Assembly: GCA_965112635.1 (NCBI GenBank)
Contig: OZ218778.1
Span: 1,184,001 to 1,248,000, forward strand
Length of the DNA: 64,000 nt
Direction of reading: 5' to 3'
Source: an uncultured bacterium
GTDB taxonomy: Bacteria > Oederibacteriota > Oederibacteriia > Oederibacteriales > Oederibacteriaceae
Shown here in pieces: positions 29,642 through 39,793 of the stretch. The position numbers and the translations under genes were made by a program. The notes under the pieces were generated by a model. The model saw nothing but the letters and a program-made list of their open reading frames with translations. It was not told the DNA's origin and did not search any database. The first letter of the stretch is position 1. Each line of letters begins with the position of its first letter.

Positions 29642-30661
29642 ATGAGCAACTCGAGAAAACGAATGCTGGATTGCCTGGGATTCCAAGGGCCGGATAAGAT
29701 CCCGGTGGTGTACCATCCATCCACAGCCGGGCTTTACGTGCACGGGCAAAAGCTTTTGGACCTTTTCCGGCAATTCCCTCCGGACAATAATGTGGAGTTC
29801 GGGCCTTTGCCGGTCCCCAAGCCGGGGACCATAGACCAAGACGGACGCTATCATGAGATCAGTAAGAACGAATGGGGCACCACTTGGGAATACCTGATTT
29901 TCGGCATAGCCGGTCACCCCAAAACCTATCCTATAAATTCCTGGGAGCAGGCGCCGGCTTACCAGTTCCCGCCCGTTCCCGTGCTGGCCGCGGAGGCCAG
30001 GCAGCGGATCCGGGATAAGGCCAAGGACCATCTGGTCATAGACGGGTGGATCACCCTGTTCGAGAAAATGCAGGAGCTTTGTCCCATCGACGAGGTTTTG
30101 GCAGGGCTGGGCACCGAAGAGCCGGGTTTGATGGGCCTGCTGGACCGGCTGGTGGAGTACCGGGAAAAAGAGATCAGGGAGTGGATGGACGCCGGGGTGG
30201 ACGGCATCATGTTCGCCGATGACTGGGGGACGCAGACCTCGACGCTGGTTTCGCCCAAACTGTTCACCAAAGTGTTCAAGTCCCGTTACCAAAGGCTCAT
30301 GGCCCCTTTAAAAGCGGCCGGTAAAAAGATCTATTTCCACTCCTGCGGTTTTCTGGGAAAAATATTTGACGAGGTTTTAGATTTAGGCGTGGACTGCCTC
30401 TGGCCGCAGATCGTGATCTTTGAAAGCGACCCGCGGTTCAGCCAGGCCTGCCTGGAACACCGGGTGTCCATCTATATCCATCCGGACAGGCAAAGGCTCA
30501 TTCCCCTGGGCACACCCCGCGAGATCGAGGATACGGTAAAAAGATACGCGGACAAATACCGCAGCCAGGCTGGAGGCGGGATATTCTACGTGGAAATGGA
30601 GAACGACGCGTCTTTTGAAAATGTGGAGGCGCTCATCCGGTCCATCCATAAATACCGGTAA
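29642..30661 (+). CDS. Uroporphyrinogen decarboxylase (URO-D/MtaA-like) family protein
   Basis: MSNSRKRML....GPDKIPV, NEWGTTW, MFADDWGTQ, FHSCG; ATG 29642 preferred because the longer ORF overlaps the upstream gene. Confidence 0.82.
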   Translation: MSNSRKRMLDCLGFQGPDKIPVVYHPSTAGLYVHGQKLLDLFRQFPPDNNVEFGPLPVPKPGTIDQDGRYHEISKNEWGTTWEYLIFGIAGHPKTYPINSWEQAPAYQFPPVPVLAAEARQRIRDKAKDHLVIDGWITLFEKMQELCPIDEVLAGLGTEEPGLMGLLDRLVEYREKEIREWMDAGVDGIMFADDWGTQTSTLVSPKLFTKVFKSRYQRLMAPLKAAGKKIYFHSCGFLGKIFDEVLDLGVDCLWPQIVIFESDPRFSQACLEHRVSIYIHPDRQRLIPLGTPREIEDTVKRYADKYRSQAGGGIFYVEMENDASFENVEALIRSIHKYR

Positions 30662-30670
30662 GGAGAACAG

Positions 30671-31504
30671 GTGAGAAAGAAACTGCTGGTCTTATTTTTA
30701 TTGTTCTGGCCTTTCCTGGTTGCAGGGGCCGGAGCAGATAATTTGTCCGGGGTGACCCTGACCGCAACCTCTCAGGACTACGGTTTGAGGGGCTGGGGCC
30801 TGGCCGGAGACATCGTGGGAGACTGGGGGGATATGGGCATGAGTCCCCTGGGTGTCAGGTTGGAGCATATTCCAATGTTGGCCCTGTGTGGGGGGGCGCT
30901 CTGGGTCACTATGAACAACGATCTGGCCCTTTACCAAAACATTCAAAGCATCCGGAATGGGGCAGGGGGCAATGACGGCCTGATGAACGGCTGGACCGAA
31001 CTGGGCGACGGTTACGTGGATGTGGCCGGATGCGGTCTGCTCTATGTGCTCGGAGGCAACAGGGATAAAAGGACAGCGGAGTTGAGCCTGGAGGGGCTGG
31101 CGGACACGGGCGTTGCCGTGCTGGTCCTGAAAAATGTTTTCGGGGCCACCCGGCCCAGCCAATTGTCCGGAAAAAGGGACTGGTTCAATGACGGCGAGGC
31201 CCAGTATGACGCCGGTTTTCCCTCAGGGCACACGGCCGCGGCGTTCTGCCTGGGGACCGTGCTCGGCAGGGCCTACCATCTGGAATGGCTGACCTATCCC
31301 CTGGCCACGGGCGTGGCTTTTTCACGGGTGTATCTTTCAGAACACTGGCCTTCGGACACGCTGGCCGGAGCCCTGCTGGGATATTGGATCGGCGACATGG
31401 TCTGGCAAAAAAGAGGGGGAACCTTGCGCCAGGGGCTTTCCCTGGGGGTTAGTTTGAGGGAAGAAACCCCTGTGCTCGTTTTAAGCGGTGATTTCAGCAT
31501 TTAA
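30671..31504 (+). CDS. PAP2-family phosphatase
   Basis: K..FGATRP, FPSGHT, SRVYLSEHWPSD motifs. Confidence 0.9.
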   Translation: MRKKLLVLFLLFWPFLVAGAGADNLSGVTLTATSQDYGLRGWGLAGDIVGDWGDMGMSPLGVRLEHIPMLALCGGALWVTMNNDLALYQNIQSIRNGAGGNDGLMNGWTELGDGYVDVAGCGLLYVLGGNRDKRTAELSLEGLADTGVAVLVLKNVFGATRPSQLSGKRDWFNDGEAQYDAGFPSGHTAAAFCLGTVLGRAYHLEWLTYPLATGVAFSRVYLSEHWPSDTLAGALLGYWIGDMVWQKRGGTLRQGLSLGVSLREETPVLVLSGDFSI

Positions 31505-31583
31505 AAGGTGTAGAATACACCTTATTCCAAAGTTTCGCATATACCCGTTTTGCCTTTTGTATCGTTCCTGAAAGCCAAGGCGG

Positions 31584-33035
31584 ATGAGGGAGGATCCTTT
31601 GAAAAACAAAAAGATCTGGGTAGGGTTACTCGTCCTGCTTCTGATATTGCCCACCTTTTTCACGGTGCCGGCCCTATGGAAGGTCAGCAGGGCTGTAGGC
31701 AGCAGTATCTACGACAACCTGGAACCTTTCAGCCAGGCCCTCACCCTGATCCAGAGCGACTATGTCGACAAGGACAAAACGGATTCCAAGAAGCTCATCT
31801 ACGGCGCCATCAAGGGCATGGTGGACACCCTGGATCCGTTCAGCCAGTTCATGGACCCGGATGCCTATAAGGACCTGATGTCCGAGACCAAGGGTTCTTT
31901 CGGGGGGATAGGCATCGAGATCGCTGTCCGGGAAAGCATCTTGACCGTCATCGCCCCCATCGACGGCACTCCGGCTGACAAGGCCGGGATCAAGGCCGGC
32001 GACCACATCCTCAAGATCAACGACAAATCCACCAAAGACATGACCCTGATGGACGCGGTCTCCAAGATGCGCGGCACGCCGGGGACCCAGGTGACCATCA
32101 CCATCCAGCACCAGAACGAATCCGCCACCCGAGATATCACCATCACCCGGGCTATCATCAAGATACAGAGCGTCAAGTTTTCGATGCTGGAAGACGGCAT
32201 CGGCTACGTGAGGCTGGGAGAGTTCATGGAGACCTCTGAGGATGACATGAGAAAAGCCATGGAGGACCTGGAAAAACGGGGGATGAAGAAGCTGATCCTG
32301 GACCTGCGCAATAACCCCGGAGGGCTTTTGGACATGGCCGTCAAGGTCGCGGGCCTGTTCCTCCCGGATCAAAGCCTGGTGGTCTATACCCAGGGCCGGC
32401 TGGAGAACCAGAACCACAAGTTCTATTCCAGCGGCGAGGCGGAGTACAAGGACATCCCCCTGGTCGTGTTGATCAACAAGGGCAGCGCCAGCGCTTCTGA
32501 GATCGTTTCCGGGGCCTTCCAGGACCTGAAACGCGCCCCCCTCATCGGGCAGACCAGCTTCGGCAAGGCCTCGGTCCAGACCATCCAGCCTTTGACCGAC
32601 GGCTCGGCCCTGAGGCTGACCACGGCCCATTACTACACCCCCAAAGGGCGGATGATCCATGAAAAGGGGATCGACCCCGACATCAAGGTGGATGATACGG
32701 TAAAACCCACGGACGAGACCAAGGCGGCTTTTGAAAAGGACGTTTTCTTCACTTTCGGACGGGAGTGGACCGAGAAGCAGAAAAAAGAGGACAAGCCAAT
32801 CCCGGATTTCCCCAAGGTGACCGAGTCCATGCGGAAGAGCTTTTTAAAACTTTGCGAGAGCAAGCAGGTCCCCATCAACTCCGCGAGCTACACCAAGGAC
32901 AAGGAGCTTATCGAGGAGGAAATGGTCCGGTCCATCCTGGATAACGCCAAAGGCGAAGAAGCCGCCAAGCAGTACATTCTCAGTGTCGATAAAGTGGTCC
33001 TAAAGGCGAAAGAAAAATTGAAAGAGATGAACTAG
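31584..33035 (+). CDS. ctpA: S41 carboxyl-terminal processing protease (start may be TTG 31599)
   Basis: LDPFS, PDZ (GIGIEI), DLRNNPGG, SASASEI, SFGKASVQ. Confidence 0.93.
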   Translation: MREDPLKNKKIWVGLLVLLLILPTFFTVPALWKVSRAVGSSIYDNLEPFSQALTLIQSDYVDKDKTDSKKLIYGAIKGMVDTLDPFSQFMDPDAYKDLMSETKGSFGGIGIEIAVRESILTVIAPIDGTPADKAGIKAGDHILKINDKSTKDMTLMDAVSKMRGTPGTQVTITIQHQNESATRDITITRAIIKIQSVKFSMLEDGIGYVRLGEFMETSEDDMRKAMEDLEKRGMKKLILDLRNNPGGLLDMAVKVAGLFLPDQSLVVYTQGRLENQNHKFYSSGEAEYKDIPLVVLINKGSASASEIVSGAFQDLKRAPLIGQTSFGKASVQTIQPLTDGSALRLTTAHYYTPKGRMIHEKGIDPDIKVDDTVKPTDETKAAFEKDVFFTFGREWTEKQKKEDKPIPDFPKVTESMRKSFLKLCESKQVPINSASYTKDKELIEEEMVRSILDNAKGEEAAKQYILSVDKVVLKAKEKLKEMN

Positions 33036-33063
33036 CCGAGCCGGCCAGGCCACAAGGAGAGGG

Positions 33064-34050
33064 ATGAAAAGACCAGCTATCCTGTTTGCGATGATCCTGT
33101 TCCTGGTCCTCCCGGCCGTCCATGGCCAGGACAGCGACAGCGCCGGAGCCCCTGTTTTGCAGGAAAGCCCGTTTGAAAATTTCACCACCCTTCTGCAAAA
33201 CCAGCTCTCCTTGAGCGCCAGCCAGGCCGACATCAACCCTTACCCCATTGAAAAGCTCATCGCGGACCCGGACCACAAGTTCGGCGACTACAAGATGACC
33301 TCTAACATCACGGACGAAGCTCTCCTGGAACAGATGAAATTCTTTATCCTGGAGATGGCGCCGTCGTGGAGGGAAACCAGGCTGGACCTGTGGAAGGTCC
33401 ATCTGGGCGGCCCCAACGAGGATGACCTCCTGGTCACCTATGTGGACGGGGTCCGCAAGGACAGGAGCGCCAAAAAGAAAGACCCGCTTTATAAAGACAG
33501 CTATCCTTATCTCCAGGTCTGGCTGTTCAAGCAGGAAGGCCAAAAGTACAAGCCTCGCTACCTCGGGACCTTCCTCAACGGCGTGATCAAAGGCCTTGTG
33601 CCGATGTCCTACGAGGAAAAGAAAAAGAAAGTGATGCTGGACTGCCTGTTCATCCAGTTTTCCGGGACCTATTACGGCAACGGGGCCCCCAGGGTCCAGG
33701 CCATCGCGTTCCAGTCGCAGAGTTTCTTTCCCCAGGTCATGGAATTCGCGGAGGACAAGGACAATAAGGTGTTCAATAAATTCGTCCTTTGCGGCATCGG
33801 CCAGGACACGCCGCCGTGCGTCGATTACACCGAGACCAGGGTCGTGATGTCCAAGGACGAACAGGCGCCGGCCCTCATCCAGTATTACCACCAGTTCATC
33901 GGCGACACCGAGGTAGCGGCCGGCTGCCAGGGGCCTTCCCAATGGTACGTTTACAGGAACAAAAAAGGCCATAAATATTCCTGCGAAGAATACCTCGACA
34001 AATTGCCGGCCCAGCTGCTGACCTACTGGCAGACCGGCAAAAAACTGTAA
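33064..34050 (+). CDS. Hypothetical exported protein
   Basis: Signal peptide, RBS AGGAGAGG, host-like codon usage; no recognisable motif. Confidence 0.7.
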   Translation: MKRPAILFAMILFLVLPAVHGQDSDSAGAPVLQESPFENFTTLLQNQLSLSASQADINPYPIEKLIADPDHKFGDYKMTSNITDEALLEQMKFFILEMAPSWRETRLDLWKVHLGGPNEDDLLVTYVDGVRKDRSAKKKDPLYKDSYPYLQVWLFKQEGQKYKPRYLGTFLNGVIKGLVPMSYEEKKKKVMLDCLFIQFSGTYYGNGAPRVQAIAFQSQSFFPQVMEFAEDKDNKVFNKFVLCGIGQDTPPCVDYTETRVVMSKDEQAPALIQYYHQFIGDTEVAAGCQGPSQWYVYRNKKGHKYSCEEYLDKLPAQLLTYWQTGKKL

Positions 34051-34066
34051 ACCAGAAAAACTTCCC

Positions 34067-34651
34067 ATGGAACCCCTCAAGCAAACCAGGTATCTGCTTT
34101 CGGAAACGGATTGTTCCCGTGTCGGACCTTGCGAAGCCGAAGTCAGCCTGGTGGGGCGCTCCAATGTCGGCAAGTCCTCTTTTCTAAACGCCCTGTGCAA
34201 CCGGAAATCCCTGGCCGCGGTGTCGGATAAACCGGGGAAGACCCGGACCATCAATGTTTATGAGATGGGTGCGGGCCGGTGGATCGTGGACCTGCCGGGT
34301 TACGGGTTTTCGTCGGTGTCCAAAAAAGAACGCCTGGCCTGGAAACCGCTCATCGAGGGATATCTGACCAGCCGTCCCCATTTGGTCCGGGTGTTTGTCA
34401 TTATCGACGCCCTGGTCGGGCCAACCAGCCTGGACATCCAGATGGTGGACTGGCTTTTCGGCAAAAAAATCCCCTACAATATCCTGGCCAACAAAACGGA
34501 CAAGCTTAACCAGTCCCAGCTCCATACCCAGAGGCAAAAAACCGCGCAGGCGTTCGGATTAAAGGCTGAGGATATTTCCTGGATCAGCACGGTCAAGGAA
34601 ACCGGCCTTCCGGCACTGCGGGATGCCGTGTCGGATATGCTGGGGCTGTAA
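34067..34651 (+). CDS. engB: Ribosome biogenesis GTPase YihA/YsxC
   Basis: GRSNVGKSS, PGKTR, DLPGYG, NKTDK. Confidence 0.95.
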   Translation: MEPLKQTRYLLSETDCSRVGPCEAEVSLVGRSNVGKSSFLNALCNRKSLAAVSDKPGKTRTINVYEMGAGRWIVDLPGYGFSSVSKKERLAWKPLIEGYLTSRPHLVRVFVIIDALVGPTSLDIQMVDWLFGKKIPYNILANKTDKLNQSQLHTQRQKTAQAFGLKAEDISWISTVKETGLPALRDAVSDMLGL

Positions 34652-34877
34652 ATCCAAGAAAGAGAAAAGTTTGGCAGGGAAATGTTGAGGATTAAAATTT
34701 TGGAAAAGTTAAAAGCGGCTGTAACCCATATACCTCTTTCCTGTTTCTGTCCCTATACAGGCAACAATCATAAGAAATAGATGCCTGCTACCGAGCTAGC
34801 TGACCTGACCCCCTAAAACTGGTCCACCTTTTGAGTTAGAATAACTCTAAAGGAAGGACAAAGGAAGGGGGATTTTT

Positions 34878-35168
34878 ATGCCAAGGAAATACAACAAACC
34901 CGAGCAGGTCGTATCCATGCTACGGGAGTTTGAGGTAGAGATAGCCAAAGGCAAGACGGTAGAGGAGCTTTGTCGGGCAAAAGGAATATCGGCGAATACC
35001 TACTACAAGTGGCGGCAGAAATACGGCGGGATGAAAGTGGACGAGGCCAAGCGATTAAGGTCGCTGGAGCAAGAAAATAACCAGTTAAAGAAAGTGATCG
35101 CAAATCAAGCTTTGGATATCCAGATACTGAAGGAATACAACAAGGTGATAAGTTCGGGAAAATATTAA
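34878..35168 (+). CDS. IS3 transposase OrfA
   Basis: HTH (GISANTYYKWRQKYGGM) plus leucine zipper. Confidence 0.92.
   Translation: MPRKYNKPEQVVSMLREFEVEIAKGKTVEELCRAKGISANTYYKWRQKYGGMKVDEAKRLRSLEQENNQLKKVIANQALDIQILKEYNKVISSGKY
35156..35162 (+). promoter_or_regulatory. -1 programmed frameshift heptamer G GGA AAA
   Basis: In frame at the orfA end (SGKY*); the -1 frame continues as ILSPVKRR into orfB. Confidence 0.75.
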
Positions 35169-35173
35169 GCCCG

Positions 35174-36022
35174 GTGAAAAGACGCGCAGCGGTAGAAGAA
35201 GTCTGCGTAAATATGGGAGTTTCTGAGCGCCGGGCATGCAAAGCAGTAGAGCAAGGGCGCTCAACGCAGAGGTACCAGCAAAAGCGCGAAGGAAGGGATT
35301 GGGGGTTGGCAGAAACTATCATCAATCTGGCCAACCAGTATGGCCGTTACGGATATCGTAGGATTACGGCAATGCTCAGAGATGAGGGATGGCTGGTTAA
35401 TCACAAGAAAGTTGAGCGAATATGGAGACAGGAAGCGCTAAAAATACCGAAGAAGCAGCGTAAAAGAAGGCGTCTGTGGTTCAACGACGGCTCCTGTGTC
35501 AGATTAAGGCCAGATCATAAGGACCATGTCTGGAGCTATGATTTTGTAAAGGATAGAACAAGCGAAGGACGAGCGTTCCGGATCTTGACCGTGATAGACG
35601 AATACACCAGGGAGTGCCTGGCTCTGGTAGTGGGAAGAAGTCTCAAGGCGGATGATGTTCAGGAATGTTTGATGGATCTATTCATCAGTAGAGGTATTCC
35701 TGAGTACATCAGGTCGGATAACGGAAGCGAGTTTACTTCAGAAATGATCAGAGGTTGGCTGGGTAATATCGGCGTTAAGACTTTATTTATCGAACCTGGA
35801 AGTCCGTGGGAGAACGGATACTGCGAGTCTTTTAATGGGAAACTCAGGGACGAGGTCTTAGCCGGAGAAATATTTGATAATCTGTGGGAGGCAAAGTATG
35901 TTATCGAAAACTGGAGGAAGGAGTACAATACAAAAAGACCGCATAGCTCACTGGGGTATCGGCCACCAGCTCCGGAAGCAAGGTTGCTGCAACCTTGCAT
36001 TGCCCTATGTCATGCTGCTTAA
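35174..36022 (+). CDS. IS3 transposase OrfB (DDE)
   Basis: YGYRRI, WSYDF, SDNGSEF, PWENGYCESFNG, RPHSSLGY. Confidence 0.95.
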   Translation: MKRRAAVEEVCVNMGVSERRACKAVEQGRSTQRYQQKREGRDWGLAETIINLANQYGRYGYRRITAMLRDEGWLVNHKKVERIWRQEALKIPKKQRKRRRLWFNDGSCVRLRPDHKDHVWSYDFVKDRTSEGRAFRILTVIDEYTRECLALVVGRSLKADDVQECLMDLFISRGIPEYIRSDNGSEFTSEMIRGWLGNIGVKTLFIEPGSPWENGYCESFNGKLRDEVLAGEIFDNLWEAKYVIENWRKEYNTKRPHSSLGYRPPAPEARLLQPCIALCHAA

Positions 36023-36062
36023 CTCTAACTTAACAAGTGGTACAAAGAATGGGGGCAGGTCA

Positions 36063-36459
36063 GTCCGTGAATCCACTGGGTAAGGCCCTGAAAAACTCAA
36101 AGCGTTGGGAAGTCCGCTGGGAAGCGGCCAAAGCCCTGGGAAATATTGCGGATCCGGCTTCAACGGGTGTCCTTATCGCTGCTTTGGATGACGAAAATCA
36201 AGATGTAGGATGCGTGGCTGCGGCATCTTTGGCCAGCCTCGGTGATGCAGCCATACAACCGCTGCTCCTGGCTTTGATGAAACAACCTACTTCCCGGTGT
36301 TTGCGCGCCGGCGTCAGGCACGTGTTAAGAGAACGCAAAGCGGAACATTCTAAAGACCAATACCGCGGAGTGTTAGCGGCAATCGAAACTGGGGTGGTTC
36401 CGGAAGCGGTCGCCGTTGAGGCTTATCGGGCGTTGTATCCAGGTAAAAAGGAGAAATGA
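36063..36459 (+). pseudogene. HEAT-repeat protein fragment, 5' end removed at the IS boundary
   Basis: VRWEAAKALGNI, LDDENQDV..AAASLASLG; the only start codon in the ORF track lies inside the IS right end. Confidence 0.7.
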
Positions 36460-36553
36460 AGTTTTGCCCGGGATGTTAGTTTTCTGCTCTTGTATGTTAA
36501 TGTTCCGTCGCAAAAGCAAACAAGGCTGAGATATCGGGGAACGAGGGCTTAAA

Positions 36554-37735
36554 ATGTCCAAAAAAAAAGTTGTAATATGTTATTTGCTAGCGCTATTTAG
36601 CCTAGCCGTCCTAGTCATTTGGAGCCGGGCGCAAACAGGATCCCTTCAAAAAGATCCGAGTCTTTTTACCCCGGCGGTTTCCCAGGACAAGGCAGTGCCG
36701 GTGACTTTTAAAGTGAACAACAGCCGGCAGGGCTGGATCAAGGATGAGATTAAACCTCCCTTAACGCTTAAATGGGTTTATAAAACCGGTAAAGGCCTTT
36801 ATTCCTCCCCCGCGGTCAGCCGGGGGACCGTTTATTTTGGCGGCGAGGACGGTTATCTTTACGCCGTGTCCGTGGAAACAGGAAAATTAAAATGGAAAGT
36901 CCAGGAGAACGGCAAAATTTACGGTTCCTCTCCGGCCGCGGCCAACGGTAAGGTTTATGTCTGCACCACCGAGGGCTGTCTGAACTGTCATGACGCGCTG
37001 ACCGGCGCACGGCTGTGGAAATACAGCGCGGGCCCGCACACCCTTGCTTTCAGCTCGCCTTTAGTGCAAGACAACCTGGTTTATTTCGGCGCGGATAATA
37101 AATATTTTTACTGCCTGGACGCGGACACCGGGAAAAGGCAATGGGAATTTCTCACCAAAAACAAGATCCATGATAACGCGGGGGCCTATGACCAGGGTCT
37201 TGTTTTTTTTGGATCAGAGGATGGATATGTGTACGCGGTACACAGCCATACGGGAAAGTCAGCCTGGAATTTCAAGACCAAACAGGAGCTGGATACCTGC
37301 CCTGCCGTTTATAATGGATCTGTTTTTTTCGGGTCCAGTGACAGCGCTTTGTACGCTGTCAGCGAAAAGGACGGGAGCAAGGTATGGAGTTTTAAGGCAG
37401 GCAAAGGTATCGGCAGTTCTTCGGCTATAGATGACAAAGGGCGGCTGGTATTCGGGGCCGGGGATCACAATGTTTATTGCCTGGACGTCCTGACCGGAAA
37501 ACGGGCCTGGACTTTTAAGACAGGGGACTACGTGTTCGCTTCTCCCCTGATCACGGGCTCAATAGTTTACGTGGGTTCTTTTGACCATAAATTTTACGCC
37601 CTGGATGTTCAGGATGGAAAAATGCTCTGGTCTTATGAAACACACGGGGGCATCTATTGCTCGGCAGCGGCCGGTCCGCACACTATCCTGGTCGGCAGCA
37701 GGGACGGCTCCATGTATTGTTTCGAGGGACACTGA
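36554..37735 (+). CDS. PQQ-like/BamB-type beta-propeller protein
   Basis: N-terminal TM/signal; about 8 repeats of SSP..G.VYFG..DG..YA...TG...W. Confidence 0.88.
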   Translation: MSKKKVVICYLLALFSLAVLVIWSRAQTGSLQKDPSLFTPAVSQDKAVPVTFKVNNSRQGWIKDEIKPPLTLKWVYKTGKGLYSSPAVSRGTVYFGGEDGYLYAVSVETGKLKWKVQENGKIYGSSPAAANGKVYVCTTEGCLNCHDALTGARLWKYSAGPHTLAFSSPLVQDNLVYFGADNKYFYCLDADTGKRQWEFLTKNKIHDNAGAYDQGLVFFGSEDGYVYAVHSHTGKSAWNFKTKQELDTCPAVYNGSVFFGSSDSALYAVSEKDGSKVWSFKAGKGIGSSSAIDDKGRLVFGAGDHNVYCLDVLTGKRAWTFKTGDYVFASPLITGSIVYVGSFDHKFYALDVQDGKMLWSYETHGGIYCSAAAGPHTILVGSRDGSMYCFEGH

Positions 37736-37769
37736 AAATTCCCCGGACCCTTATTTCCGCCTTTAAGAT

Positions 37770-38786
37770 TTATCTTTTTGAGGGGATGCGGACAGGGCGC
37801 TGTTCACGGGAAGAGCGGTAGAGGGCCAGGACCACTTCCAGGGCACGGCGGTTGGTCTCTCCGGTGACCAAAGGCTCGCGGTTTTCCTGAATGGCCTCCA
37901 CAAAATCCCTGAACTGCCAGACATGCATAACGCCCCAGGGAATTTCCTTGTCCGCGGGACGGGCCAGGCCGTTCTTGAACTTCCAGGACAAAACCTTGCC
38001 GCTGGTTTCCCAGCTGGCCGTTCCCTTGTTCCCGTTGATCTCCACCTTGGCGCTGTCGCCGGGATAGGCCGTGGTCGTAGCCTCGATGACGCCCAGGCCG
38101 CCGTTCTCAAATTCCAGATTGGCAACCGCGGTGTCCTCAGTCTCGATCTTGTGCCAGAGCCTGCGGGTAAAGCCCTGCACCTGTTTGACCGGCCCCATAA
38201 CCGAGAGAAGCAGGTCCAGGCAATGGATGCCCTGGTTGACCACGCAGCCTCCGCCGTTACCCTTCCATGTTCCACGCCACGGGGCTTCGCTGAAATATTC
38301 CGGCGGACGGAACCATTTGGTAGAGGCCAGGCCCAGGGTCAAACGGCCGAATTTTCCCTGTTTTACCGCCTTGTAAACTGCGGTCATAACGGGCATAAAC
38401 CTTAATTGTGAGATGACCCCTAACTTTACCTTGGCCTTATGGCAGGCCTTGATCAGGGCATCGGCTTTTTCCAAAGTTGTCTCAATGGGTTTTTCCACCA
38501 TCACATGCTTGCCGGCCCGGGCTGAGGTGATACCGAGGCTGCCGTGCAAACCGGAGGGGGAGGTGATGGTCACGGCATCCACTTCAACCAGTTGTAAAAG
38601 TTTCTGGTTATCCGTAAACCAGGGGACGCGGTATTGTCTGGCCATTTTTTTGGCCCTATCAGCTACAGGGTCGGACACTGCGACAATCCGGGCATCCTTT
38701 AGGGCAGCAATGGCTTTGGCATGGATGTCGCTGATGCCTCCACAACCGATGATCCCAAATCCGATCATTTTCTTAGACATGTTCAA
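37770..38786 (-). CDS. Gfo/Idh/MocA-family oxidoreductase
   Basis: GIIGCGGI, HVMVEKP, GGGCVVNQGIHCLD. Confidence 0.93.
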   Translation of the reverse strand: MNMSKKMIGFGIIGCGGISDIHAKAIAALKDARIVAVSDPVADRAKKMARQYRVPWFTDNQKLLQLVEVDAVTITSPSGLHGSLGITSARAGKHVMVEKPIETTLEKADALIKACHKAKVKLGVISQLRFMPVMTAVYKAVKQGKFGRLTLGLASTKWFRPPEYFSEAPWRGTWKGNGGGCVVNQGIHCLDLLLSVMGPVKQVQGFTRRLWHKIETEDTAVANLEFENGGLGVIEATTTAYPGDSAKVEINGNKGTASWETSGKVLSWKFKNGLARPADKEIPWGVMHVWQFRDFVEAIQENREPLVTGETNRRALEVVLALYRSSREQRPVRIPSKR

Positions 38787-38806
38787 ACTCCTCGCGGGAT
38801 GGTTTG

Positions 38807-39652
38807 TTAGTACGGTATGCCGACTTTTTTCAGCAACTGCACCAGGGCGCTATGGGCCGGGGAAAACAGCTCTTTGCCGGCGGGATTCCCGCCGTTCTGG
38901 TGGGGTTCCAGGGTGATGAGGCCGCTATAGTTCCAGGCTTTGACCTGGCGGAGGATGGATTCCCATTGGGAATCCCCCTGGCCGGCCAGGAGGGCCCGGC
39001 CCGGATGCTGTCCTTTGGGATAATCCTTCACGTGGATGCAGTCAATATAGGGTTTGGCTTTTTGCAGCGACTCTGTAGAGGGGTCAATGCCCAGGACAAT
39101 GAGGTTGCCGGGGTCATAGATCATCCTTAGGCGGGGCGAGTTCACGGTCTGGAAAACATCCACGCATTCCTCAACGGTCTCGCCAAAGAGGCCTCCGTCG
39201 TTCTCTACCAGCAGGGTGACGCCGGCCGCTTCGGCCAGCTGGGCCAGCTGCTTCATCCGTTGCATGATGGGCTGGCGGCACTCGGCTTTGGTTTTACCTT
39301 CGGTGGCGTAATAAGTGAAAATGCGGATATATTTAGCTTTCAACCTTTTGGCCACTTCCAGGGACCGAACGAGCAGTTTTTTCTCGCTTTCCCAGGGTTC
39401 CTCAATAGGGACTTTGGCGATGGGAGTGACCAGGCAGCCGACCTGGAATCCGTATTTTTTCACGATCGCCTCACCGTCATCAAGCTGCTTGTCAGTAAGT
39501 TCCGCGACATTGACCTCGCCGCCGACAAAACGGAGGTCGGCCCAGCGCATGCCGAGGCGCTTCATCTCTGAAAGGGATTCCTCCAGGTCCAAGGATATTT
39601 CACTGGAAATCGCTGAAAGCATTACGCCGGCCATAGTCTTCTCCCTTCCCAT
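38807..39652 (-). CDS. Sugar phosphate isomerase/epimerase (xylose-isomerase-like TIM barrel)
   Basis: IRIF, LLVEN, YDPGN, IHVKD, TLEPH. Confidence 0.87.
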   Translation of the reverse strand: MGREKTMAGVMLSAISSEISLDLEESLSEMKRLGMRWADLRFVGGEVNVAELTDKQLDDGEAIVKKYGFQVGCLVTPIAKVPIEEPWESEKKLLVRSLEVAKRLKAKYIRIFTYYATEGKTKAECRQPIMQRMKQLAQLAEAAGVTLLVENDGGLFGETVEECVDVFQTVNSPRLRMIYDPGNLIVLGIDPSTESLQKAKPYIDCIHVKDYPKGQHPGRALLAGQGDSQWESILRQVKAWNYSGLITLEPHQNGGNPAGKELFSPAHSALVQLLKKVGIPY

Positions 39653-39793
39653 TAAAATTTATCTCACACGCTATCTAGAGCAAGATTATCCTACTTTTCC
39701 TTTGATGAAAACAAGGCCTATTTGCAGCCTCTTTTGATATACTTGCTTTGTTAAAGGCCGGCGCGTAGAGGGCTTCCGGTCTGATAGGAGGCG

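Larger units (their letters stand above)
34801..36062 (+). mobile_element. IS3-family insertion sequence (IS407-group-like), 1262 bp
   Basis: 5'-TG...CA-3' ends; IRL TGACCTGACCCCC / IRR GGGGGCAGGTCA; orfA/orfB arrangement. Confidence 0.95.

Noticed and set aside
31505-31523. Palindrome AAGGTGTA-GAA-TACACCTT upstream of ctpA
   Set aside because: Single occurrence without a T tract or a recognisable regulator consensus; no function can be assigned.
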